From: Paragordius varius
Lineage: Eukaryota > Animalia > Nematomorpha
Reading direction: 5' to 3'
Length of the DNA stretch: 64,000 nucleotides
Assembly (NCBI GenBank): GCA_964247055.1
Contig: OZ176053.1
Coordinates: 6,138,001-6,202,000 of the forward strand
Below the pieces are notes generated by a model. It did not search any database. It was not told the origin of the DNA and was given only the letters and a program-made list of their open reading frames with translations. The translations under genes and the position numbers were made by a program. Shown in pieces: positions 1 to 13,600 of the stretch. Within the stretch, counting starts at the first letter, position 1, and each line of letters starts with the position of its first letter.

Positions 1-87
1 AAAAATATTAATTTTTCATATATATTAAATATAAAATATAAAATTATTTATTAAAAATAAAACAATTTTTCAATTATTATTATAAAC

Positions 88-3000
88 TTCCTTCCCAGGT
101 ACAATGTAATAGGTTAAGAGCGCCGTCTATCCGTTTCCAATGCTGTAAATGAAAAAAAGCGTATGCTATTGCTTCACTATCGCCACGCTTTAATATATGT
201 TCGGGTGGTAAAATAAGACTTTTCATTTCCAAGAGATACTAAAAAAATATTAAAACAATTTATAATAAAAATGATACGGTAAAGATAAAATTATAAAGAA
301 AAAAATTTAAAACAAAATGACAAATATTTTTTTCATAAAAACAGCCATATAATTATTTCTCATAACCTTTGTGATTACAGTTTTATTAATTTAATGTGTT
401 ACCAATTTACATATCCATTTCTTATTAAACAAAAAGTTATATTAACAAAACTTAAGGTTAGAGGATGGTTGTATTTTATTGAAAAATTTTCTAGTTTTAC
501 CATTTTATCTTTATAATTTTAATTTTTACTGTGTACAGGTAGAGTAAATCACCAATCCAAAAACATTGAAAATAAAAATTATGTTATATAATTCCGTTTT
601 TCAAACACCCTCAAAAAGTAGTCTAACAGATAAAATCCAACTTTAATTACAATAGATGTAAAATAGTATAAATAAAAACCAATGATGATTTAAAAATATT
701 TGATAAAACCTTTGGCACATGTGGGTTAAATTCGACGGCCCTATGTATGGCTTCTACCGCATTCATCTCTGCATTATTAAGGCCACGTTTTGATGCTAAT
801 TCTGGGGAAAATCTATTATAAAGTTTTTTTAAAGGAAGGAGATAATAAACATTATGAATAGCTTATATGTGATGTGTAGAAAGATGTGTTTTTAAACTTG
901 TTTTAATAGCATGATGTAGATAAGCGAATTATTTTATTCAACTTTATAATATGTTAAAAAAATGTTGAATAGCAAAGATATATGTTTATGTTATATAAAG
1001 GCCAATGTTTTATAATATACTTGTCGGAAACGACCCTGGCCTTGAGTAAAGCAGCTGTGTAACAAATAGTTGCAGATTTCGGCATACTTATATCTAAAAT
1101 TTACATTTTAAATTTAATTAACAAAACATTTTGGATTTAGTTTTGGGCACATAAAATACTTTATATTCATATATGCCGGACAATTGCATAGGTAATCGAT
1201 ATAAACAATGAAAAATATGAGGATTGTCCAACAATTTTAATCATATATCATTGGTAATATAAAAGCATTATATTTATATAGTTTAATTTAGTAAAAAATG
1301 CTTGGATGTTGTATTGAACTTATGAACAAAAATAATATATTCTCAAATAGATAAATTAAGATAAAAATTTTTGCTATTTTAATAAATATGTTATTATTAT
1401 TGTATAATTTTCCCTTTTATTGCAAGCCATTGTGTTTTGTAAAATTTGTTAAGTCGGATCATTTGTTTTTCCAATGATTAACAAACTTATAACGTATTTT
1501 TAGGTTACAAACCATATATACTTGTTTAACTAAAAAATACAAATAATGTCAAAATATCCTTTATGTTCCAACAAAATCAAATTTGAATCCTTCATGGGTA
1601 TCTATTTAATCCTTTTTACATGTTTTATGCCTTTTTAGCTCATTTGGATTATTCCAATAAACTATATTCTTTCAAAATATGTCTGTAATCTATTACCATC
1701 ATATTTGATTAGCAATGCCTGAACATCAGCGTAAGCCTGAATCTCCAATAACACTTCGATCAAATTTTCGTGTATATTAAGTACATTGATGTTTGGAAAT
1801 TCTTTGATCAACTAAAAAAATAGATATTTATAGTTTATTCAATTTTAAAATTGCTCTCCAACTTTTTTCTGTAAAAGAATAGAAATCAACGTCAAATCAA
1901 AAAACCATTCAATAAGTAAAAAACTTAAAATATATTTTTCACAAACAAAAAAAATAATACATACATCTCGCATCATTTTAATAGCTTCTTTGTATTTCCC
2001 CAAACGTCTAAGGCACATTGCAAGACGACGACGAATGTAAACACATAAATTTGTATCGCGTCCTACATACATTAAGATATATATATATATATATATATAC
2101 CATTACTAAAAATTCACGCTTAAACAATTTAAATTCACCCTAAAACTAATTGTGTATTTTTAGATAAAAAATTACTTATATTTTTTACATTGTTAAAAAA
2201 TGAAATTTTGTTTAAAAAATAATAATACTGAAAAAATAATAAACTAAGCCATTAAGATATAACATATATTAATAATGAGTTGTATTAGCCCGAAAACACA
2301 TAATATTTAGGGTGAATAGTTGTCTAAATTTAAATTGTTCGAGGGTAATTTTGAATTGTTATAGGGTGTAATTGTAAATGGTATATAATAATTATATTTT
2401 CCCAATTATTATCAAATATATCTGTTCTAATTAAAAATTGTTAAATAGTTTCGTTTAAGAGGAGTAAAATTTTGAAATTTACATTCAATAACACGTGGAT
2501 TAAAAATGGATTTTATTTATCAATCATTTTATCACATCAAAAATTCTGAACTAATAAATAATGGCATATTTATAAAGATTAAACTTAGGGTAGCTTCAGA
2601 AAAATGGTGTTGTGTCGCTTGACTCAGATGGTCATTATTTTGGTTGGCATGAAAAGTTGTAACATTGTTGATGTTACTATTTAATACTAAAGATGGAATA
2701 TTGAGATTGGAGAGTCCGTTATTAACATTCGTGTTTCCATTGTTGGTGGCACATTGCGTAGCAGCTATTACGGTTGTTGAATTCGATGAAAACCGATAAT
2801 TTTGTTCAGCAATTTTTAGGGCTTGTCGCAAAATTTTTTCCGCCTATATATGGCAATAATTATCATTTTATATAAGAGAAGTAATTTGAATGGTCAAATA
2901 CTATACATTTTTAATTAAATTTATACCTCTACAATCGTGGTTGCTTCTTCTTCGGCCAATAAAATCAAGGCAGGGAGGCATCTATGAAAATTTAATATAG

Positions 3001-6000
3001 GCTTAAAATATATTTTTCGTATCAAATTTTATGAAAGGAAAATTTTAAACAAACCATTATAAAATAATCTTTTTATTATCTTATCAAACTACTTACTCAG
3101 TATTCTTTTGTAAAGCTTCTTTGGCCAATTTAATGCGGGTCAATGGATCCCGTTCTCGCCACACAATTTGCATTACTAGTTAATTAATAATTAAGTGACA
3201 TAAAAATATCCCTTTTCAAAAAGTTAGATTTTTATTTAAGTTAACCAAATTTTAATAATTTATCATCTCCTTTATATATATTAGAAAAGTTTATTTTCAA
3301 AAAAATACTATACAAGAAGTTAAATCTTGTCAGCAATTGAATGGAAACCGAGGCCAAACATAAAACAAAATTTTTAAAATAATATTTTAAAGAAAATTAC
3401 CAATATTGAAATATAAATAGTTAATGGTTATAATAATTTTGCCAGACGGGTTATAGCACTAGGTACAAAAAGATAAATCCAACAATTAGGAAACAATCAC
3501 GTAACATTTTAATAAGAGTTACAAAATATCCAAATTAAACAAAAAACGTAAAAAAGTCTTAATAGAAACGAAAATACTTTCATATTCGGGTTTCCCATGA
3601 TCCGATTCACATGTAAAAAATGTTTGATGATCTTGAGCCGATAAATTCATATCGTGATAAGTTAGGGGTTCACGGCCTGTCGCATTAAGATATCGATTAT
3701 ATTCGGCACCGCGAAATAAATTCAGTGGGTTACGCCATAACTTACATTCTATAAGGGCAGAAAAAATGGATATTTTAGTAATAATTATGGGAATGGCTTG
3801 TTTATTACTAAAAAAATTTGGTAAAAATATTAAAGTACCCATTAAAATGTGATTTTGACTTGTTGCGCTTCCAGCGTTTGTATTACTAAATAAATATATA
3901 TCAATAAAATATTTTTTAATGTATGTATATGTCAATTGATTAAATGATCTCTATATATTTTTGCTTTTGAAAATTAATATATTGTCACAAAAACTATATA
4001 TTCTTCATGAGAAATATGGATTTTACTTTGGTTCATGTGTGGATGTACTTCCCGATGCCGAACCAAGCGATGAAATATGATGATCCGATCTGTTCTGTGA
4101 TTTTTGATTATGACCTAATAAACATTTTTTTTCATTTATCAATTATATAATGTCAAAAATTGGTGTGGACTTTTCTCCATTTCTTTATTACTAAAATTTT
4201 TTATTTTCGTGCACTGTATTTAAACTCAAATAATTCCGATCTTGTTTTGCTGTAAACAAAAACAAATTCTAAAAGATCACCGTTGTTGCACAACTTCTTT
4301 TAATCTGATTAGTAATTTCAAAATTTGTAAATCTAGTTTGAAGAGTAATTTATGATACTCCTTTAATAATCAGGAAATATCCTTTGAAAATAATAAATAT
4401 TAATTTTTAAGGCACATCTACAAAATATTTTAACAAAAACAACTCATGTAAAAAACTATTTCCCAAAAAAATTAAGGCCAAAAAGGTAAAATTTTATAGC
4501 TTGGGGTCGCACCACCGCAATCATAGACAGTTAATACCCTCTGCCCCATAATTACCCCGATTGTAGGAAAATATATGGAGCAATATCCATCATATTAAAA
4601 AAATTGATTAAAATATATAATATTTAATAAATAAAGAGAGAAATTAAAATGTTTAAATTTATTTTTTACATTGTTTTTGTCTTAGTATAAATGCGTGGTA
4701 ATATCCACAAAATAATAAAATTAAGAATCAAAAAATAATATAAAATTTAGGAATTCCATACGTGAGTCAGAATAATAAAAAAAAATGATGTTTTTAAAAT
4801 GGTCATTTTAGTCTTTTACTATTCTACGGTACGTTATTAAAACTTAGACCTTTTACTTTGCACACCTTATATTAACCTTTAGAAGCCAAAAAAACCTCAA
4901 ACCAACCGACAACTCACCTATCTTTTGATGATGAGTACACGAGGCACCAACATTTGTTCTTTGGTTGTTATTAAGATGACTATCTTCAAGCGCACTGGAA
5001 AGTTGACTTCCACAATCATCGGTGTCGGGGTCAGGGTCAGAAAGAGCGCTAGAACCCTCATCGCCATTCATTCCATCGTTTTCATTGTCCAGAGATGAAT
5101 TTCTCCTTCGTTTATGATGCCTCCTGTTTGAAGAAGAACCTCCAGTAAGTTGATTTCCGAAATTTGAGGCAGAATTATTCCCATTTCCACCAAACCAAGG
5201 TGCTAAATGATTCAAACTTAACTGTTCGATGAAAGATGTCCCATACTTACGAAAATACCACCATTCAAAAATCTATACAATCATATATATATTTTTCCTT
5301 TACTCTTAAATATTCTAATTAAAAGCCCAAAAATGCACCTTTGAAAAATGATTAGTCCTCAAATACTTCGAATTCATCCTTAAACAATAAATAAACCTTT
5401 AACAATACGAATCTATCTTTGATTTCTAAAAAACCCTTCAAATTTACCCTAAAAAATTTATGTTTCTAAACCAAATAAACTTATTTAGGATTAAATATAG
5501 TTTTAGGATTAGACTATTTTATTTTTTGTTTTCCACTCTGGTTTGTTTTTTATAAATTTTTATTTTACGCAAAAAAATTATTAAAAAATTAAAATAAACG
5601 TCCAAAGACAAACTTACATACATTATTAAATTTTTTGACATAGAAAAAATGAAATAACAAAATTTTTTTCTTAAGACTTTGGGTGTTCTGCGACTGTTTA
5701 AAAAAATAATGAATATATGAGATTCTTCCTAAAAAAAAATATATTATTATGCTTATTTGTAAATATGCGGCAGCATATGTTATAAATAAAAAATAATCTG
5801 CAACAAGTTATTAAGTTATCATATATTAATTTCGGATAGCGTCTCCTGATATATTTAATCTTAAACAGTTCAAAAATAATTAAAATTATGCTTTAACTTT
5901 TAATTATAATTATAAAATGGGTTAGTAAAAGAACGCATGGATTTATATTATCGATTGGTAAGTTAAAAAAATAAAAATTAGGATAAAAATTATACTAATA

Positions 6001-6073
6001 TCAATCCCGAAATTAAAGATGAGGTCCCAGTTAAGGCTACGTAAAACTTTGGAGTCAAGGTATTTAAAAACAT
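88..6073 (-). CDS. ST7: Suppressor of tumorigenicity 7 (ST7) homolog, multi-exon, 3' end beyond the window start
   Basis: Exons with GT-AG boundaries and consistent phases: 6073-5996, 5272-4918, 3748-3578, 3175-3097, 2981-2927, 2843-2585, 2062-1965, 1811-1697, 1093-1021, 812-710, 238-88. They give [148 protein letters not shown], which are near-identical to ST7 family sequences as I recall them. Confidence 0.96.
2098..2383. mobile_element. TA-flanked MITE with structured terminal inverted repeats, in an ST7 intron (copy 1)
   Basis: The left end TACCATT..AAATTCAC..AACAATTTAAATTCACCCTAAAA and right end TTTAGGGTGAAT..TTGAATTGTT..AGGGT..ATTGTAAATGGTA are imperfect inverted repeats. Homologous copies occur at 34010-34257 and 35690-35869. 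No coding capacity. Confidence 0.7.
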
Positions 6074-7680
6074 AGTGGCTAACAAATTTAAACAAAAAGA
6101 AAACCAATATGAGCTGCATGTATCTCTTCCTCACTCATCTTAATTTCTATATGTTTACGAACCCGTATAAGTGCTATATGATTTTAATCAATTTACTTGA
6201 TTTTTTATTTTGTTTGCTTTTGTCTTATTTTAGCCATATTCATTTGCATATGCAAATTTTATATATCAAGGTGAAAAAAATTATAAAATATATTTTAGTA
6301 GGTTGTTAGGTCAAAAAGTTATGGTTTAAATTATTTAAATTTTTTGTTCAATTTAAATGGCCTAACTCATTAATCATCGTAATTAATTCATAGATTAAAA
6401 TTGCCCTTAAAATTTAATGTCAATTTGTCATAACGTATAAATATTGAAAGTAAGTATAAACATTCAAAATAATAAAATAGCTCAACTTTCACTAATGTTT
6501 TTTCGACTTTCTCCAAATATTTTACCAAAGACAATTGTCGCGATATGTTAATTTACCAAAAGCCAAGGGAATGTAAATTTTTTTTATAAATGTAGGCCAA
6601 TTTTACCAAAAATACTTGGTCAATCTTTAGAAATTTAAAAAAAAATGTGAACAAAAAGAGAGTGTATAACTTGTCCTAAATTGCTGCATTTAATTTTATA
6701 CAATATATTTATGTGTAAAAGATATATTGCGCATTTTTAATACTGTCATATTTTCTCCTTAACTTAAAAACATCGTGTTTTTAGAAGTGGACATAGGATA
6801 TGCGTTGAAAAATCTTACCTTTGGCCATACATTGAAAATATATAACACACTACTTGCTATATAAAAACTAAAATTTTTTTACAAATTTTAAATAATATTT
6901 TTTTATTTATTTTTTAAAAAATTATATTATTCCTTGAATCAGAATACGCACCTTAAGTAAGAATTTATTAATTGGAAACTATTATCATATTAACAACAAT
7001 ATAAAATAACTAATACATGCCACCAATTTTTCTATAGTCATCCATCCTTGATTTAATTTTGGAGTTGGGTTCTCAATACCTTTTGTTATTTAATAATTTG
7101 AATTTACTAATTTTGGGTTTGGATTTATTTTGATTAACATTATACGTATGCAATATAAAAAATAAAATTGCCCGCAGAAACATAAATCATTTTATGTATC
7201 TTATAAAGTAACTATGTCTTGCGTTAATGTCTTTGTGTGATTTAATAAATTTGAAATCCTCTAAAATTGAATTATATTGCTTAAATATTCTAATATATTC
7301 CGCTTTATACATATTGATTAAGAGTATAACAGATGAGTCATTTTTGGGAACCAGATCCGGTTGATTAGCTAATTTTTTATAATGATGTGAAAATTTGACA
7401 AAATTATTTGGTTACTAACATGGTTAAATTATGACATAATTCAATCGATAAACTTTTGAATAAAAATTTGTTTGGATAGTCTTTGATTATTATATTAATA
7501 TGTATTTTGGATGTTTATTTAATTTAAAAATCATTTTTTACACGTTAAGCCCGCAATAATATACACACATGATGTTACTTAATAAAAAATATATAAATAG
7601 TCATTAAAGCAAGAGACACTAAAACTTGCCTTACATTAATTATGATAAATTCATATTAATTTACCAACATCTAGGAAATA

Positions 7681-10600
7681 ATGCCAACCTCAGACAAGGA
7701 ACAAATCTTGGCAGAGGAAGATTATAACAGAAGGATTCCATACAATACATATGCAACTCATATAAATGAGGCTAGCTCAACCAGCTCACCTTTCCCAAAC
7801 TATGTATTTGCTTTGGGGTGTTTCATAATTGCAACCATAGCATGTTGCTTAGTTTTCCCAATTTTTTATATCCAAATTAATGCGATAAAAACGCAACAAG
7901 AAATGTTAAGCGATGGTTTAGGACAAGTTCCCTCTATAAACAACGTTCCTGCTTCCTCTTTCTATGCTGATGCGCTCCCCTTTAACTCTAATGAAAATGT
8001 TGAAGAACCTCTTATGATCGAAGGATCTCAAAGCAATGAATTAGCTTTGGTTATTTTATATTAATTATAATTACCTTATAATTTTTTATGCCAATATTTA
8101 AGATTTTAATTATTTTAGCATATGAGTTTGACTAATTTTGATTTTTATTATAATTTGTCGGTTTTTTTACTAGGCTTTGGTGTAATCCAACACATAAATT
8201 TGCTAAATCGTTCGTTTTAATTTTTTTATGTGCCCAATTTAACCGAAAATAAATTATAATAAGTAAGGTTTTGTAATTATATGAAAGTGTAACATTCGAA
8301 ATAAAATGGTAATAAATTATTAGATTAGGTACAGTAAATATCGCAAAGAAATCCTAGATATATTTAATCCTGATGCCATTATTTATTGAGAGAATGCCTT
8401 TGTGGTATCAGTGGTTATATGTATTTTAACAATTATTATTGGTATTACAAGGAAAATAATTAAAAATAGCTATCCGAAATTTTTTGTAGATAGAACGTTT
8501 TTGAATTATTTATTGGGAAGTCCTTACAGGCGTCTAAAAAAATCTATGTTTTAATCCATTATATGGAGCTAAACTAAATACTTTAGACTGGATTATGTAA
8601 ATAAGCATTAATTGTGTCACAAGAAAACGATCAAATTTGTTGTCTTACATTTAACCTTGAATGAAAAATATTTTATGTTAAATACCCACACAAACACACA
8701 CTTTTTTAAAAAATAATATAACTTAACTATTTTTTTGGTAAGTATTGACCGCTAATTGTCCTTGGCCCTAATTTACTTTTTGTATGAACAATAGATGTGG
8801 ATATAGTCCATTTTTAGAAAATATTCATCGTTATCTAAATGTGCGTGGAGAATAAAATGTATGTCAACATATTTTTTGTTGTTAGAAAAAATGTCTTTAT
8901 ATATTTAGTAATTCTTTTATATGATGAATTTTTTTGAGGCTGGAATGTTGGTCAAAGCACACATTTAAAACTGTCTACTTAAGTTTTTTTGTTTCGAAAT
9001 AAAATATAAAATTAAAGTGAAAACAAAAGTATTTAAGAGTAAATGGAACCTTATGTTAATACATGGTTATTAGGTCAAATAACGAATCTAATTAAAAATG
9101 TGCAAAAATCATGATTGCATGAAAGGTTATTAAGAATGATTTTAATAACTATTTATTTTATTTTGAAACAGGCTGGTTCCTCCAAACCCAAATACTCAGA
9201 AGTTAGACTTGGAAAATTCCTTGTCCGTCACAAACGTACCTATGTAGCAGGAGAATATCTACAAAGTTTGGAAATATTCATAATTTTTTTAATAAAATTG
9301 TATAATAATCTACCCGTGATACTTAATTATATTTCTATAAAATGGGTAATCTTCAAAATCCATGTTTCAAATAAAATTTTTTTATCACTAATAAGGTTTT
9401 TTTGACCATCAAAATATTAGCCGTCTCACCACTTATGAATGTGGCAGTTTACGGTTATTAACTGCATAATGGGAATATTTTTATAACCAAAACAAAATGG
9501 TATAAATATTTTATTAAAACTATTTGACTGGTAATTCAGCCCAATTAAATTAATAAAGGCTCATATAATCGGTCGGACCCAACTCTATTTACTACTATTC
9601 AAAACACTAACTGTAAAAAAACTAATTTTATAGATATAAAAATTTACTGGAATTTATATTATATATATGGTGTATTATGACAGAATGTAAACCATGTCAC
9701 GACGGAAAACCTGGTCATCACGGACCAGCTGGTCCCCCAGGCAAAGATGGCGATGCAGGACGCGATGGTCAACCCGGACGGCCTGGTCCAGATGGGAAAC
9801 CGGGTCGAGATGGTTCTCCTGGAAGGCCAGGACCTCAAGTTTATTTACATTTTGAAGCTTTGTTTAAAAAAGTTTTAGAGGGATGGAATTGATAAGCAGT
9901 AAATGACACATTTTTATAGATATTCAAATCCGAAAATTTAAATTCATAGGATGAATTATAGATTCTTGAATGTGTATACTGTGAAACAAATATCAAAATT
10001 ATCAAAATGGAATTATCCATTCTTCTTATTAGAAAATGAATCAACACTAATTGTCCATAATTAAGTGCTAAAATAAAAAATACCATCTTATTTTTATGCC
10101 GAATTAAATATAGTAAAAATTTACTCTACATATATTAAAACTATTTTTTTATTTTCCGATAAAATTCATCCTCATCTTGCTATCTTCTCTATATTTACTT
10201 GCGGCTTTAGGGACCTCCTGGGTCACGTGGCTCAGACGGAAAACCAGGTAACCCAGGCCGAGATGGATCAGCTGGTGAACCAGGAAAAGATGGTGTACCC
10301 GGTCGCGATGGAAACCCTGGAAAACCGGGTGTCCCAGTAATTAAACTTATTTTCAATATAATAAATATAGAGCTAAATCAATAAACTATAGATATAGTTT
10401 TTGATATAATTATACGCTAAAAGTTTCGTTACTTATGAATATTGTTTTCTTATAAAGAAAAAAATAGTCTAAACTTTTGAGTAATTTATCATTTATAAAT
10501 ATATTTGTCAAATTTTTAAATTTTTGATTTAATTCAATATAAACACCGATGACTTTATATTGTCTCAATAAATCACAGGAATGCAAAAATTACAATTATT

Positions 10601-13600
10601 TAGCAATACATTATTGGTACTCACATATTTTAATCCGATCATTTATTTGGGTTTTAGGGACCAGGTGGAAAACCAGGTCGAGATGGAAACCCAGGAAGAG
10701 GCGGACCTGACGGTATTCCTGGCCGTGACGGTAAACCCGGAGAACCAGGGAGAGATGGTGCTCCTGGACAACCGGGAGAACAGGTTTGTCCAACTGTTTT
10801 ATAATGTGTCATAAGTAAATCTAATTTTACAGAGAAAACTGAAATTAAACCATCTAAATCAATCTTATAGCTTGATAGTTACATAGAGTTTGGTTGGTTA
10901 ATACGAGTCCTCTTAAATATAATAATAGGTATAATGTAGAATATATATGGCATTGATTTAACAAAAACTGATATAATTGGATAAGCCTTAAGCTCACAAG
11001 AATATTATGTTAATTATAAAAATGTAATACAGTAACACATTATATTAAAACTTAAATTAAATAGAAAAGCACACTGGCTTATATAATTTTTTACAAATTG
11101 CAATTTTCCAAATTTAGGGACCATCAGGACCCGCAGGGAACGATGGTGCCCCTGGACGTGCTGGAAACCCTGGTCGAGACGGCAAAGATGGCGAACCCGG
11201 CGCTCCTGGAAACGATGGAAGGCCCGGTGCCGATGGCGTTGTTGTAAGTTTAAATAATGAGAAATTTATAATTAGGTTGGTGTTAATACGCCATTTTCGG
11301 TGAAATTATTAATAATTTCTATCTTGCCTTTTATTTAGGGGACCCCCGGTCCAGATGGTATTCCCGGTAAAGATGGAGACGCAGGTCGCCCAGGAAATGA
11401 CGGAAGACCCGGTAGAGATGGACAACCTGGTAAAGATGGTATTCCGGGATCACGTGGAAAACCGGTATTAGAAAATTAGAAATATTAAAAACTTATTCTT
11501 GTATAACTAATCCTAACATCGGTTAATGTATCTTACGTGTCAAAATATTATAGAAATCATATTCAAAAATTGTTATATTGTATATTAAAAAAATCATAAT
11601 TTAAGGATACTAAGAGTATATGTCGATTATTTTCTGTTTAATTATTATAAATTTCATTTTTTTTCTTAAAAAGGGAAGTGCTGGTAGCCCAGGCAAAGAC
11701 GGACGCCCTGGAAACAATGGACAAGACGGTATTCCTGGTAAAGATGGTGAACCTGGTCGAAACGGAGTTGATGGTCAACCCGGGGCACCCGGAGAAAGAG
11801 TTTGATTTATTTATTTAATATAATATTTATTTTTGGAATGTGTTTTTACCAAAATATAGTGTAAATTTAATGGGTTTATATGCTAAATAATATAAAAATG
11901 GATAAAGGATTACAAACTGATTTGGATATGTTAGATGTCAAATTATTAATTACTTTGCAGGCAAATGTTTTCAAATATCATTTTAAGATGTATTTGGTTT
12001 TTTTCATTCCACTTTGTGTATTTCATGCTTTATAATGTTGTTAAAAAATAATAGGGGCCAACTGGACCAGCTGGAAACCCTGGAAAAGATGGAGAAAATG
12101 GACGTGATGGATCCGATGGGCGTCCTGGAAAAGCAGGCATCCCAGGTAAAGATGGGGAACCCGGAAAGCCTGGACCACAAGTATGTATTATAAAATGCGA
12201 TAATATTTAAACCATGTCTCAAAATTTTGGATATATTAACTTTTAAATAAATTTACAAGAAGTCAATAATATTTTATAATGTTGGATAACAATTTAATCT
12301 ATATAATCGCTAATTTATACCAGCTTTATAAAGACACATTGTTTACCGAATTCTTTTACTATTACCAAAACTAAATCAAAATTTGAGGGCTTACCAAAAA
12401 AGTTCTTTTATTTAACTTTATTATAATGTAATTACCATTAAAAAGCCATCGATATAAAAATAAATCTAGGGTAGACCAGGTCGTCCCGGGAAAGATGGTA
12501 TTCCAGGCCAACCAGGAGGCCCAGGAAATGATGGAATCCCTGGCAAAGATGGCAATCCAGGGCGAGATGGTGAACGTGGGAGACCAGGATCTCGGGTTAG
12601 TAGTGAAAAAATTACGTATTTTTTTCATAATGGTTAGGTTTAGAATTCTTATTAAAGAATCTTGTAATTCATATCTCAAAAAATAAAAAAGAATAAGTAT
12701 TTTGGCCGTTAGTATGTTATTTACCCATATTAGGCAGATAGATTTTTGCTCATTTTCTAATGTATTGCCGATTTTAAATGCAAAAAAAAGTTAATTTTAT
12801 CTTATTTTCAATACATTAAAATAAATATTAAAATTAATGATATCGTTATGAAAGTGTCTAACTCTAACTCATTCTAAAAATAGTTTTTGGAAATTAACCA
12901 TTAACTCCAATGAAATTATTCCGTTTACATATCACAACTTTTCCCTAGGGTGCACCCGGTGATCGAGGTGATGACGGTTCCCCAGGCAAAGATGGTGATG
13001 CCGGTCAACCCGGAAAAGCTGGTCGTCCCGGGATCCCGGGTGTTCGTGGGCCACCAGGACCCCCAGGTCCAGATGGACTTCCAGGCAAGGATGGGGAACC
13101 AGGTCGCCCCGGTAACCCAGGACCCAAAGGAGAAGCCGGACGACCGGGGCGTGATGGTGCCCCTGGAAGCCCTGGCCCGCGTGGTGATAATGGAGTTGAT
13201 GGGAAACCTGGTTCACCCGGGTCCGATGGTGTTCCTGGCCGAGATGGTAACCCGGGTCAAGATGGTGAACCCGGCGTTTGCCGTAACTGCCGAGTCTCGG
13301 GACCAATTGGTAGGCTTCCTTTTTGTAATATTTAAACATGGTTTATATTTGGCAGCTGTGGTATAAGTAAAAAATGTGAGTTTTTCGTTTAGGGTGGGAA
13401 CTTTTTAAAGGATTAATTTTAACACTCGCCTGCACAGGGCTGAAAGTTATGATAGAAAGATTGCGCGGTTTTAGGGTTCAAAATCTGGCACATCATACAC
13501 ATAGCGTGAGAGCCTAGCAACTAATAAATAGTTAAATTGTAACCGTATGATACGGTTTCATAAAGCTTTTTTTAAACTTCTATTACACTACCCATACTAA

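Noticed and set aside
5943-6309. ORF-track entries 5943-6134 (-) and 6109-6309 (+)
   Set aside because: The first is an off-frame reading across the real ST7 first coding exon. The second is an AT-rich chance ORF with no motif.
10581-13366. Several ORF-track entries overlapping the collagen (10581-10814, 10611-10793, 12004-12222, 12371-12679, 12495-12686, 12932-13339, 12950-13366)
   Set aside because: These are shifted-frame or antisense shadows of GC-rich Gly-X-Y exons; the true frame is the spliced collagen.
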